Positions 56,491 to 64,000 of a stretch of DNA of 64,000 nucleotides are shown here, one piece after another. The position numbers and the translations under genes were made by a program. Origin of the DNA: a virus; IMG/VR virus record IMGVR_UViG_3300033149_004116, positions 36,023 to 100,022 of that record; one strand, written 5' to 3'. The first letter of the stretch is position 1. Each line of letters begins with the position of its first letter. The notes under the pieces are model-generated. The model was not told the origin of the DNA. It was given only the letters and a program-made list of their open reading frames with translations, and made no database searches.

Positions 56491-58380
56491 TTAATTGCCA
56501 TAAATTAACTTAACTATCGTATCCTTTTCTACTGTTTCTGGAGACAAATCTATATCACATTCTTCCTTACTATCGACCATCTCTGCCCCCGCCAATTTTA
56601 GTATCTCATTAAGACTGATACTATCTACATAGAAATTAAAAAGATAATTTCTAGCATTTTCTGCAAAATTGTTTGCAGAGCTTGTTATTGAATTGCCTAA
56701 ATAAGTTTCTGCAAAATAAAATCTGCACTCATCTGGATTTGTTACGACAAGCCCCAATATTTTTTGCCTATTATTCATCCTAGATTTGGCAATTGATATT
56801 ACATTATTTGGATTGACCATATAATTTTTTACAAATCCATTCGCCTCATCCTGGGCGACAATTATCTTGAATGGAACTTCTATTTCTCTGTCATAATTGA
56901 AATAATTAACGAATAATACGTTTCTTCCGAATTTTTGATTTTTGATGTAGAACAGTTCCGATGCGCCCTTGCTTGCGTCCGTCATATCTCCAGAAAATAA
57001 AATATCTCTGTCTTCCGATCTGTAAAGTCCATCCCATCCAATCTTTCTATCATCGCCAATCAAAGATAGGTCGAGATCAATTCTAACTCCTCTGACATTA
57101 TCCCAATAAATGCCAAATATCATATCTTTAGGAACAGAAATGTATGTCCCAGAAGGGAACTCCCCCGTAAATTGCTTCTCAGTAGTGGGGAGAGCATAAT
57201 TTATATTCTGAGGAATGTAGATTTTCTTTCCCCTTACATTATTTCTTATATCATTTATTATTGAATCTTCTACAATGTGATAAATATCTTCTGCGACATT
57301 TTTAGGTTCAAAAGAGAATTTTGTAGCATAGCCCCTTCCGTTTCTCACCTTATAGAGAATAGAATTAACATCTTTCATTCTGTATTTTAAAGCGTAAGCC
57401 AGCCTAATTTTTCTAAAAATGTTGACTCTTGCCAATTCAAATTTTAATTTTCTCTCATCAATAGTTCCATCTTTAATTCTTGCAGTAACTTCGTTAAGAT
57501 AATCCTCCCTCATTGGTTGGTGGTATTTTTTAGCCAATTTTCTTATTTTGTTGATATAGTTATTTATTTGACTGTTTGATTTAAGAGCCAAAAAGAGAGG
57601 TTTGAATCTATAGAAAATAGTTGCGAGATTCTCAAGTCCGTATTGATTTTTATATTGAGCAAATAGTCTCGTTACACTTAATTTATTTGCCTCTTTTATC
57701 TTGTTTATTGTAACCTTGTTTTTTATTAGAAGAGAACTATTTGTCATTTTGAATACAATATATCTCAAAAACTCTGTGGGACGCTCAGGGACTATTCCCA
57801 AATAATCATAAAATGTTATTTTTGTCTCTCGATTTTTAATTTTTTCAATATCCTTTTCAGTTACACCTATAAATATAGAAATATTAACTATATCCTTTAT
57901 TGTTTTTTCCTCTAAGGCGATTCCCGTCTGGAGCAAATCAAAAATTTTCTTCCTCAATTCGTCTTTGGTGTATCCTCTGATGACCACAAAGTTGAATCCT
58001 TCAATAGCTTCTGGAATATTTAATTCCTCTCTTGGAATATATATGGAAGATTCATCATATATGCCTAAGCGTTCAAATCCATAAGTTGTAAAGTAATGAA
58101 CTAATTGCTCCATAACCAACTGCTCAATATTTGCCTCCGCAACCTTCTTCCAAGATTTGTGAAAGGAGGCGTTCATCTGTTCTCCAGTTAGACCAATCTC
58201 TTCTTCGATGATCTCAATTAATTCATCATAATTTGAGTAATTAAAAACGACCTCTGGAGAGAGAATAAATCCTCTCTTTAATATTTTCTTCAGCAGTTCC
58301 TCGGTTGGTTTCCTATACTTCTTATACTTTATGGGAACTGCTTTAAACAATCTTACTGTCGATTTTATTGTTTCTTTCAT
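56491..58380 (-). CDS. Large helical protein with C-terminal TerD-like domain
   Basis: IYW..RIDLDLS, IGWD..Y and FSGDMTDA..GASE resemble TerD-type motifs. Confidence 0.55.
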   Translation of the reverse strand: MKETIKSTVRLFKAVPIKYKKYRKPTEELLKKILKRGFILSPEVVFNYSNYDELIEIIEEEIGLTGEQMNASFHKSWKKVAEANIEQLVMEQLVHYFTTYGFERLGIYDESSIYIPREELNIPEAIEGFNFVVIRGYTKDELRKKIFDLLQTGIALEEKTIKDIVNISIFIGVTEKDIEKIKNRETKITFYDYLGIVPERPTEFLRYIVFKMTNSSLLIKNKVTINKIKEANKLSVTRLFAQYKNQYGLENLATIFYRFKPLFLALKSNSQINNYINKIRKLAKKYHQPMREDYLNEVTARIKDGTIDERKLKFELARVNIFRKIRLAYALKYRMKDVNSILYKVRNGRGYATKFSFEPKNVAEDIYHIVEDSIINDIRNNVRGKKIYIPQNINYALPTTEKQFTGEFPSGTYISVPKDMIFGIYWDNVRGVRIDLDLSLIGDDRKIGWDGLYRSEDRDILFSGDMTDASKGASELFYIKNQKFGRNVLFVNYFNYDREIEVPFKIIVAQDEANGFVKNYMVNPNNVISIAKSRMNNRQKILGLVVTNPDECRFYFAETYLGNSITSSANNFAENARNYLFNFYVDSISLNEILKLAGAEMVDSKEECDIDLSPETVEKDTIVKLIYGN

Positions 58381-58399
58381 TCGTCTCTCTCCAGAGGAC

Positions 58400-58454
58400 G
58401 GGCGGGAGGTAATTATCGTAGCCGATTAAGCTTTAATAGGAACCTCCTTTGCCC
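58400..58454 (-). promoter_or_regulatory. Structured 5' leader (bulged GC-rich stem) of the 629-aa gene
   Basis: GGGC-AAA-GGAGGT...ACCTCC-C-GCCC lies between a TATA box near 58478 and the start codon. Confidence 0.55.
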
Positions 58455-58499
58455 AAGAATAGAAGAAGCCACCTAATATAAAAAGATTTCGGTTATTTG

Positions 58500-59756
58500 T
58501 TATTTGCCTGTTTTAGAAAAAAATGATAGATTATAGCTACCGAGAGCCGTAAGCGCGTATTTATTCCCCTCGCCATTATATTTTTTCTCTATCAATCCGA
58601 GTTCCTTCCCCTCCTTAATTCCCCTCGAAACGGTTTTCGTGGACATCCCTGTTTGGTTTGTTAGATCGGTAAAGGATAATGTTTGAGTTTTTAAGGCGTT
58701 TAGAGTATTAGAACCTCTCTTTGATGTAATGTAGTCGATAACAGGTTCTGACCATGAATATGTATATTGTAAAGGAACATATTTTGGCGGAGCAATAGGA
58801 ATATATTGCCAATTTCTTTCTCGCTCTTCGTGTCTTTTATATTTATTTTTCTCTTTCTCAGTTCTAGTGACTAATATATGAATACATTCCTCGTCTAATG
58901 TAGTAAATTCCCCGACCATTTTCCCATCATCAAATATATATGTTTCAGTATTCTTTCCCTCAAACACCAAAGTTCCATTCATATTTGTCAATTTTCTTAG
59001 GAAGTCAAACACGCGTGCTTTTACTACATCCATTTTTATTTCATACATTTCTGGAAGTTCCTTTTTAAGAATATCAGAGTAGTTTTTTATTACTGTTTTT
59101 GAAAGAGCCATCCAAGATTCTGGACTATCAAACATCTCTAGCCCTACAACTCCGCCCAAATCGAGAATCACAAGCCCCACTTGCATTAAGTGATCTGCTG
59201 GAATATTCTTTAGATACTCCTCTATATCATCTTTAAATTTGTTTATCTCCTCCATCGTTCCCGCCAAATCGTCCCATCTTTGAATTGAAATATTATAATT
59301 GTTTTTCACAGTAGTTGAAAATGTGGATATGGAATTCCACACGTAACCTTGATCATAGTTTAAGGTAGATTCTATCTGTCGAGGAACATATCCAGTATGG
59401 GACAGAGCAACTCCACCAGTAATTCCCTTGGAAGCGAATATGCATCTAACTTCTGGTTGAGATACTGTATTTGGAGCTACCACGACACTCGCAGAAAATG
59501 CTCGACTCTGTGTTTTCCCCTTTAACATAGTTCCCCGTCGAAGGAAAACGTTTTTGTCAGATTTATTATCAACCTTAACTTTGGATATACTGCCACTATC
59601 CAAAATTCTTACCTGATCGGGAACCTCTTCGAGGAGGACGTAATCTCTCCCCTCTTTTATATGTTTTCGGAGAATTGGAACGGCAACCCCCATTGCCCTA
59701 TTGTGCAATCTCCAAGGTTCGCCCAACTCTACTTCAAACAGTTCTGGTATTTTCAT
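58500..59756 (-). CDS. ARPP-1/DUF6569-like protein with C-terminal wHTH
   Basis: DSGSISKV.V.N....VFL..G..L.G.TQSR, V.C, QG.VW, QVG and GLEMFDSP. Confidence 0.65.
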   Translation of the reverse strand: MKIPELFEVELGEPWRLHNRAMGVAVPILRKHIKEGRDYVLLEEVPDQVRILDSGSISKVKVDNKSDKNVFLRRGTMLKGKTQSRAFSASVVVAPNTVSQPEVRCIFASKGITGGVALSHTGYVPRQIESTLNYDQGYVWNSISTFSTTVKNNYNISIQRWDDLAGTMEEINKFKDDIEEYLKNIPADHLMQVGLVILDLGGVVGLEMFDSPESWMALSKTVIKNYSDILKKELPEMYEIKMDVVKARVFDFLRKLTNMNGTLVFEGKNTETYIFDDGKMVGEFTTLDEECIHILVTRTEKEKNKYKRHEERERNWQYIPIAPPKYVPLQYTYSWSEPVIDYITSKRGSNTLNALKTQTLSFTDLTNQTGMSTKTVSRGIKEGKELGLIEKKYNGEGNKYALTALGSYNLSFFSKTGK

Positions 59757-59805
59757 ACTTTACCATCAAGTAAAGTCCTTTATAAATGTTTCTATTTATT
59801 TTAAT

Positions 59806-60372
59806 CTATATGATTTTTTCGGCGCAAATCCAAATGTATTCGCGTTGCCCCTCAGTAGTATATTCTAATACTTTAAAATTTAAAACTTTGAACATTCCTA
59901 ATATGATATTTGTCGGATAGAAACGAACCGCTCCCCTTACTAACTTTGTATTTTCCGTTGAAAGTAGAAATCTTCCCCCGTTCTTGAGATAATGCCACGC
60001 TCGATATATGAAATTCTCATCAAAAACGAGATGTTGTAAAATTTCCCCCGCAATAATAGCATCAAATTCCCCCACCCAGTTCCGCTTTAAATCGCTTGAG
60101 TCAATTCCGTCCAAATTCGCTCCAACATATTCGATCTTTGAATTTTTATTTTTTATTTTTTCGATTACGATGGGGAAATCTACTGCTGTACAATCATAAC
60201 CAAAACTTGCAATCCAATTGATGGCTTCTCCAGAACTACATCCCATCTCCATAATCTTTGCTGGTGGCGGAGGGAGACGATCTTTGAACCACTTATATCT
60301 CTTAAATTTTGGCTTACCCTCTCTCCCAACCTTAAATGCCTCTTGCATTTTATTCCACCATTTTATGTTCAT
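59806..60372 (-). CDS. Class I SAM-dependent methyltransferase
   Basis: IMEMGCSSG, FDAIIAGEILQH and LKNGG. Confidence 0.85.
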   Translation of the reverse strand: MNIKWWNKMQEAFKVGREGKPKFKRYKWFKDRLPPPPAKIMEMGCSSGEAINWIASFGYDCTAVDFPIVIEKIKNKNSKIEYVGANLDGIDSSDLKRNWVGEFDAIIAGEILQHLVFDENFIYRAWHYLKNGGRFLLSTENTKLVRGAVRFYPTNIILGMFKVLNFKVLEYTTEGQREYIWICAEKII

Positions 60373-60393
60373 TTCTTCCCCACGTTCTCTCTC

Positions 60394-60606
60394 TTATGCA
60401 TAACCTTTAAATATTATTCCGCCGTGATTTTTGTGTTTATTAATCCACTCTAGGAGAAGTGTTGCGTTTTTTGAATTCTCATCCCTTATTATATAAAGAG
60501 GAAATGTCGCATCAAGACACTCAGCAGCCTCTTCTTGTTTAAGTTCAAAAAGCAAATCTCTCATCTTAACACATTTGATACATTCAAGAACCCAACTAAC
60601 CATCAT
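60394..60606 (-). CDS. Hypothetical protein
   Basis: Coupled ORF beginning MMVSWVLECIKC after a GGAGGTGA SD. Confidence 0.45.
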   Translation of the reverse strand: MMVSWVLECIKCVKMRDLLFELKQEEAAECLDATFPLYIIRDENSKNATLLLEWINKHKNHGGIIFKGYA

Positions 60607-61592
60607 ATCACCTCCATTAATTCTCTCAGCCCCTCTTTTAAAGAAACAGTAGGACACCATCCAAGATATTTCTTGGCTTTTTTGATATTAGGCAATCTCC
60701 TCCTCGGGTCATTTGGAATAGCGGGGAGGGATCGAATGTTTGATTTACTATCGCTCATTTTAATCATCATTTGTGCCAATTCATATATCGAAATCTCGTC
60801 CGTACTTCCAATATTAAATGCTTCACCGCTTATATGATTTGCGCTCAATATTCTTATCAAAGCGTCTATTAAATCATCAATATAGAGGAACGATCTGGTC
60901 TGTTTCCCGTCTCCATAAATCATCAAATTCTGCTCCCATTTAATGGCATTTAAAAAGTTTGGGATCACCCTCCCATCATCATCTCTCATATATGATCCGT
61001 AAGTATTGTGAATTCGTGCTATTCTCACATCAACATTATATTTTCGATGGTAAATCATAGCTATAGTTTCAGCCACGCGCTTCCCTTCGGAATAGCAGGC
61101 TCTCAAACTTAGAGGGTTTACATTGCCATTATAATTCTCATTTACTGGAAAAACATCACCATCTGGATTGCCATATATCTCGCTACTGCTTCCGAGAAGA
61201 TAAATCGCATTATTTCTCCTCGCCATTTCTAAGAGATTGAAACTTCCTAAAGTTAGAGATTTCACAATTTCAAGAGAATTCTTCTCAAAAAACTTCGGAG
61301 ATGCCAGAGTTGCAAGATTGACTATCACATCTATTCCTAAAAGTGAGAAATCTTTGATTATTTCAGGATTGCATATATCATAATAGAAAGCACTAAAATT
61401 TGGATTAAATTTGAACTCTTCAATATTTTTCCAAGTTCCCGAAGAAAAATTGTCTATAACTACTACAGTAGCATTTCTTTCCAATAATGTTTTACATAAA
61501 TGTCTCCCTATAAATCCTGCCCCGCCACACACAAATATGTTTTTGCCCTCAAAACTTGTCCCTTCAAAACTTGTCTGCCGATTCATTTTCAA
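60603..61592 (-). CDS. UDP-glucuronate decarboxylase-like SDR
   Basis: GGAGFIG, ASP, SSEIYG, GNVNP..RACYSEGKR, DDGRVIPNF and DPRRRLP. Confidence 0.9.
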   Translation of the reverse strand: MKMNRQTSFEGTSFEGKNIFVCGGAGFIGRHLCKTLLERNATVVVIDNFSSGTWKNIEEFKFNPNFSAFYYDICNPEIIKDFSLLGIDVIVNLATLASPKFFEKNSLEIVKSLTLGSFNLLEMARRNNAIYLLGSSSEIYGNPDGDVFPVNENYNGNVNPLSLRACYSEGKRVAETIAMIYHRKYNVDVRIARIHNTYGSYMRDDDGRVIPNFLNAIKWEQNLMIYGDGKQTRSFLYIDDLIDALIRILSANHISGEAFNIGSTDEISIYELAQMMIKMSDSKSNIRSLPAIPNDPRRRLPNIKKAKKYLGWCPTVSLKEGLRELMEVI

Positions 61593-61796
61593 TCTATTTG
61601 TAATTGGAGAAGAAATATTTAAATCTATCTATCGTGCGTGTTTTTCGTTAATAGCGAAACTATTTAAAGTCGAGCGACCCATCATTTTTTACATATATTT
61701 TTAGTAAAGTACTATTTAAGTAGTTTACTTTTTCTATATGCTTTTTCTATATGCGAGAACGAGGAAGAAGTGGAAGTCCTCTCCAATCCATTTCGC

Positions 61797-62075
61797 TCAT
61801 CTCCCAAAAGAATTACTCTTCTCTGGGATTTTATAATGGAATATTTTGGCAAAAATTATTGCTTTCTCTAGTACATCCAAAGCCTTCTCATCTCTCGCGT
61901 CCTCCATATGTGAATACAAATGATTTATTATTGGTTTACAATAATCCTCCAAAAGGCGAATAATATAAGAATCATATACAAGAGCTTCAAAATTTCTCTT
62001 TACAAATGTTTCAAAAGAACAACTAAATGGTGCGGTAGAAATATATATAGCGCGTCTTAAATGAGCTACATCCAA
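61797..62075 (-). CDS. Hypothetical protein
   Basis: ORF with uncertain start. Confidence 0.35.
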   Translation of the reverse strand: MDVAHLRRAIYISTAPFSCSFETFVKRNFEALVYDSYIIRLLEDYCKPIINHLYSHMEDARDEKALDVLEKAIIFAKIFHYKIPEKSNSFGR

Positions 62076-62504
62076 CTCCCCATTTGGTAATAAGCCGAGT
62101 CTGATGGCAAATCAACCATTTTATACATCATTCCATTTCTTTTCCATCAAAGAAAACGTTTTGCAATTTCTCCACCATTGAACATCAACATCCCAATAAT
62201 AAAGATCACCATTCCTCGTCTCAAAGAAAATTGGTGCTTGAGATGTTTTTGTCTCCCGTCTAAATAATTTTTTAAGAAAGCCGAACACCACGATCGCCGT
62301 ATGTTACCCAACATTAAGGTCATATTTAAGGGTTGTGGTCCCGTTTGAACAGATTTGTTCCCACCAATCATAGGGTTTTTCTCCATACCACGATGCCTCA
62401 AATTCCCAACATTTATTTCTATTGCTAAAAAATTGCCAAAGTCCCCAGATGATAGAAGTCCATATAAGGAGGAAAATTAACATTTCATTTCATTTCATCA
62501 TTTT

Positions 62505-62658
62505 GGGAGAGACAGGAAGCCCCAAGAATGTTTGGGGGGATTTCTTGGGATGGGGAGAATGATACTCCTATGGTGGGACTCAAGGTTGCCCCCTCACCCA
62601 CACCCTTAACTTCCCTTTCGTAGTTCCCCAACTACAGCGTCTCTCCCGCTCCAGGAGC
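62505..62658 (-). ncRNA. Candidate structured ncRNA
   Basis: GC-rich island closed by GGGAGAGAC/GTCTCTCCC with several internal hairpins; TATA box TTTATATA at 62681-62688. Confidence 0.6.
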
Positions 62659-62706
62659 AGAAATGTTATAACAGAAGAGATATATAAATGTTGCTCTGCC
62701 TTATTT

Positions 62707-63201
62707 TTAAATGGGCAGGGGCAGAAAAAATCGATCTCTCTTCTTAATGAGAATTGAGCCATCTGGATGAATGATAAACCAAATGACCTCTTTCCCCTGC
62801 GCGTCCGCTTTCCAACCAGTCCAGCAGGCTCCAGATTTAATGTGAGATGTTGAATGACAATGATAACACTCTTTAAAACGCATCCCTTTATATTCTGGGG
62901 GATATTCCGATACAACTATGACATAAACAACATCAGCATCATTTGCAATTTTCAAATTTCTCTCTTTATATCCTCCGTTCCATCTACGAATTTTTGGATA
63001 ATGAATAATTTTATTTTCTCCTATCTTATTTGCTATTTTATCTGCCCACTCTTCCGCCCAAATATCAACTCCTCCAAGATGGCATCCTCCAGACACTAAA
63101 ACGTCTTTTTTAGTAAGTAATCTCTTAATAAGATTCTTTGTAGCCTCTCCAGTTATTGACGTGAATTTGTCTCTCGCGCTACCAATAATTGCTTTTTTCA
63201 T
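62707..63201 (-). CDS. SLOG superfamily (YspA/DprA-like) protein
   Basis: AIIGSA, VSGGC..GVD.WAE, RN..IA..AD and SGACWT. Confidence 0.7.
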   Translation of the reverse strand: MKKAIIGSARDKFTSITGEATKNLIKRLLTKKDVLVSGGCHLGGVDIWAEEWADKIANKIGENKIIHYPKIRRWNGGYKERNLKIANDADVVYVIVVSEYPPEYKGMRFKECYHCHSTSHIKSGACWTGWKADAQGKEVIWFIIHPDGSILIKKRDRFFLPLPI

Positions 63202-63358
63202 TATTCTTCTCTTCCAAATTTCTTAAATGAGCGTTAAGCTCACATTCTACCTCTTTACCATAAGGGCATTTATGGCTCTTAATCACATCTGGATTGACAC
63301 AAAAAATAATAATTTCCCTCCCCTCATAGTATTCTCCCTCCAAATATTTACATCTCAT
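63179..63358 (-). CDS. Small Cys-rich hypothetical protein
   Basis: MRCKY..FC..CPY..C after a GGAGGTGA SD. Confidence 0.4.
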   Translation of the reverse strand: MRCKYLEGEYYEGREIIIFCVNPDVIKSHKCPYGKEVECELNAHLRNLEEKNNEKSNYW

Positions 63359-63574
63359 CCTTCCCTTCTCACCTCCTATTTTTCTTTCAAAAAACGTTTT
63401 TGTCTTCTCTATAAAGAGCATTACATTCACTACAAATATAGAATTTTGGATATTTTTTAAATTCAAGTGCAGTTAATAGGCGATAAAGCTTGCCTCCACA
63501 TTTCCTACAACACATTTTCATATCTCTCTCTCGTTTTTCACATAGAAATTTCCACATTGCCCTGACAAAAAATG

Positions 63575-63691
63575 TTGGTGCGTAGAGCGACAGGGCATGA
63601 GTCTCGCCCTGAAGATTGCTTACCTCCCCCGCTCAGGGGAACGCCACGACGGGTAAGCCATGCCTCCGCGACCGAGGACACTACGCGCCAA
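63575..63691 (-). ncRNA. Candidate structured ncRNA with a multi-way junction
   Basis: TTGG-C-GCGTAG/CTACGC-A-CCAA closing stem with three arms; TATA box near 63712-63720; T6 terminator at 63567-63572. Confidence 0.62.
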
Positions 63692-63711
63692 ATTATAGTT
63701 ATATATGAGAA

Positions 63712-63915
63712 CTATTTAAGTCTTTCGGCTTTCTCCGCGATCCAAGCGTTCCAATATTCCCGCCACTTATCACCGTATATACGTTGATAGTCATCTGGTG
63801 TGGGTTCTCGTCTCTCGACTTCACTCCATGATTTTTCATCAATATCCCAGAATCTACCAAATTCGATGGGGGGTTCATAACTCCTATTTCCGAGGAATAG
63901 ATGATCGGACTCCAT
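63712..63915 (-). CDS. Hypothetical Trp-rich protein
   Basis: Small ORF. Confidence 0.4.
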   Translation of the reverse strand: MESDHLFLGNRSYEPPIEFGRFWDIDEKSWSEVERREPTPDDYQRIYGDKWREYWNAWIAEKAERLK

Positions 63916-64000
63916 GATTAACTTATGCAGTTTCCTCTGACACTCTTCGCATGGCGTGAAGTGTTGTCCTAAGAAGCGAAGAAAAAACCGATACCTACCC

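Noticed and set aside
58400-58454. Third BHB at the leader of the 629-aa gene (GGGC/GCCC plus AAA bulge)
   Set aside because: An extra C disrupts the junction and no outer helix forms.
61548-61754. Short tandem duplications (TSFEG twice; GCATATAGAAAAA twice)
   Set aside because: Two-copy local duplications with no array structure or evident function.
62505-62647. Hammerhead ribozyme (stem-GAAA-stem)
   Set aside because: The CUGANGA core is absent.
63575-63691. tRNA gene
   Set aside because: No TTC T-loop or D-loop GG consensus and wrong arm lengths; kept only as an ncRNA candidate.

Overview
This window is most of the genome of an AT-rich, tailed (Caudoviricetes-like, probably siphovirus) virus of archaea. 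The archaeal host is indicated by GGTGA/GGAGG Shine-Dalgarno sites, BRE-TATA promoters, oligo-T terminators and archaeal-type PolB, AEP primase, ERCC4 nuclease, dUTPase and class III ribonucleotide reductase. Layout: head genes on + (2-10 kb); tail genes on - (10.6-17 kb); a large glycan-modification cluster (17.5-27.7 kb, with outliers at 45, 50-52 and 60-61.5 kb); replication, recombination and packaging genes (32-46 kb); fibre genes (52.7-54.5 kb). The main discovery is that the virus appears to use the archaeal bulge-helix-bulge (BHB) splicing machinery twice. (1) A 33-nt canonical BHB micro-intron with an in-frame stop interrupts a glycosyltransferase mRNA (27678-27710), directly downstream of a LAGLIDADG homing endonuclease that carries a copy of the same first exon. 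(2) A free-standing, promoter-driven structured RNA is closed by a canonical BHB and is predicted to be excised as a 109-nt, probably circular, RNA (49164-49272). Also notable: an RNA ligase gene split by an HNH insertion with half a zinc ribbon on each piece, further structured ncRNA candidates, a PolB with divergent motifs, and a 35-bp element present three times. All calls come from reading the sequence and recalling motifs; no searches or folding programs were run.
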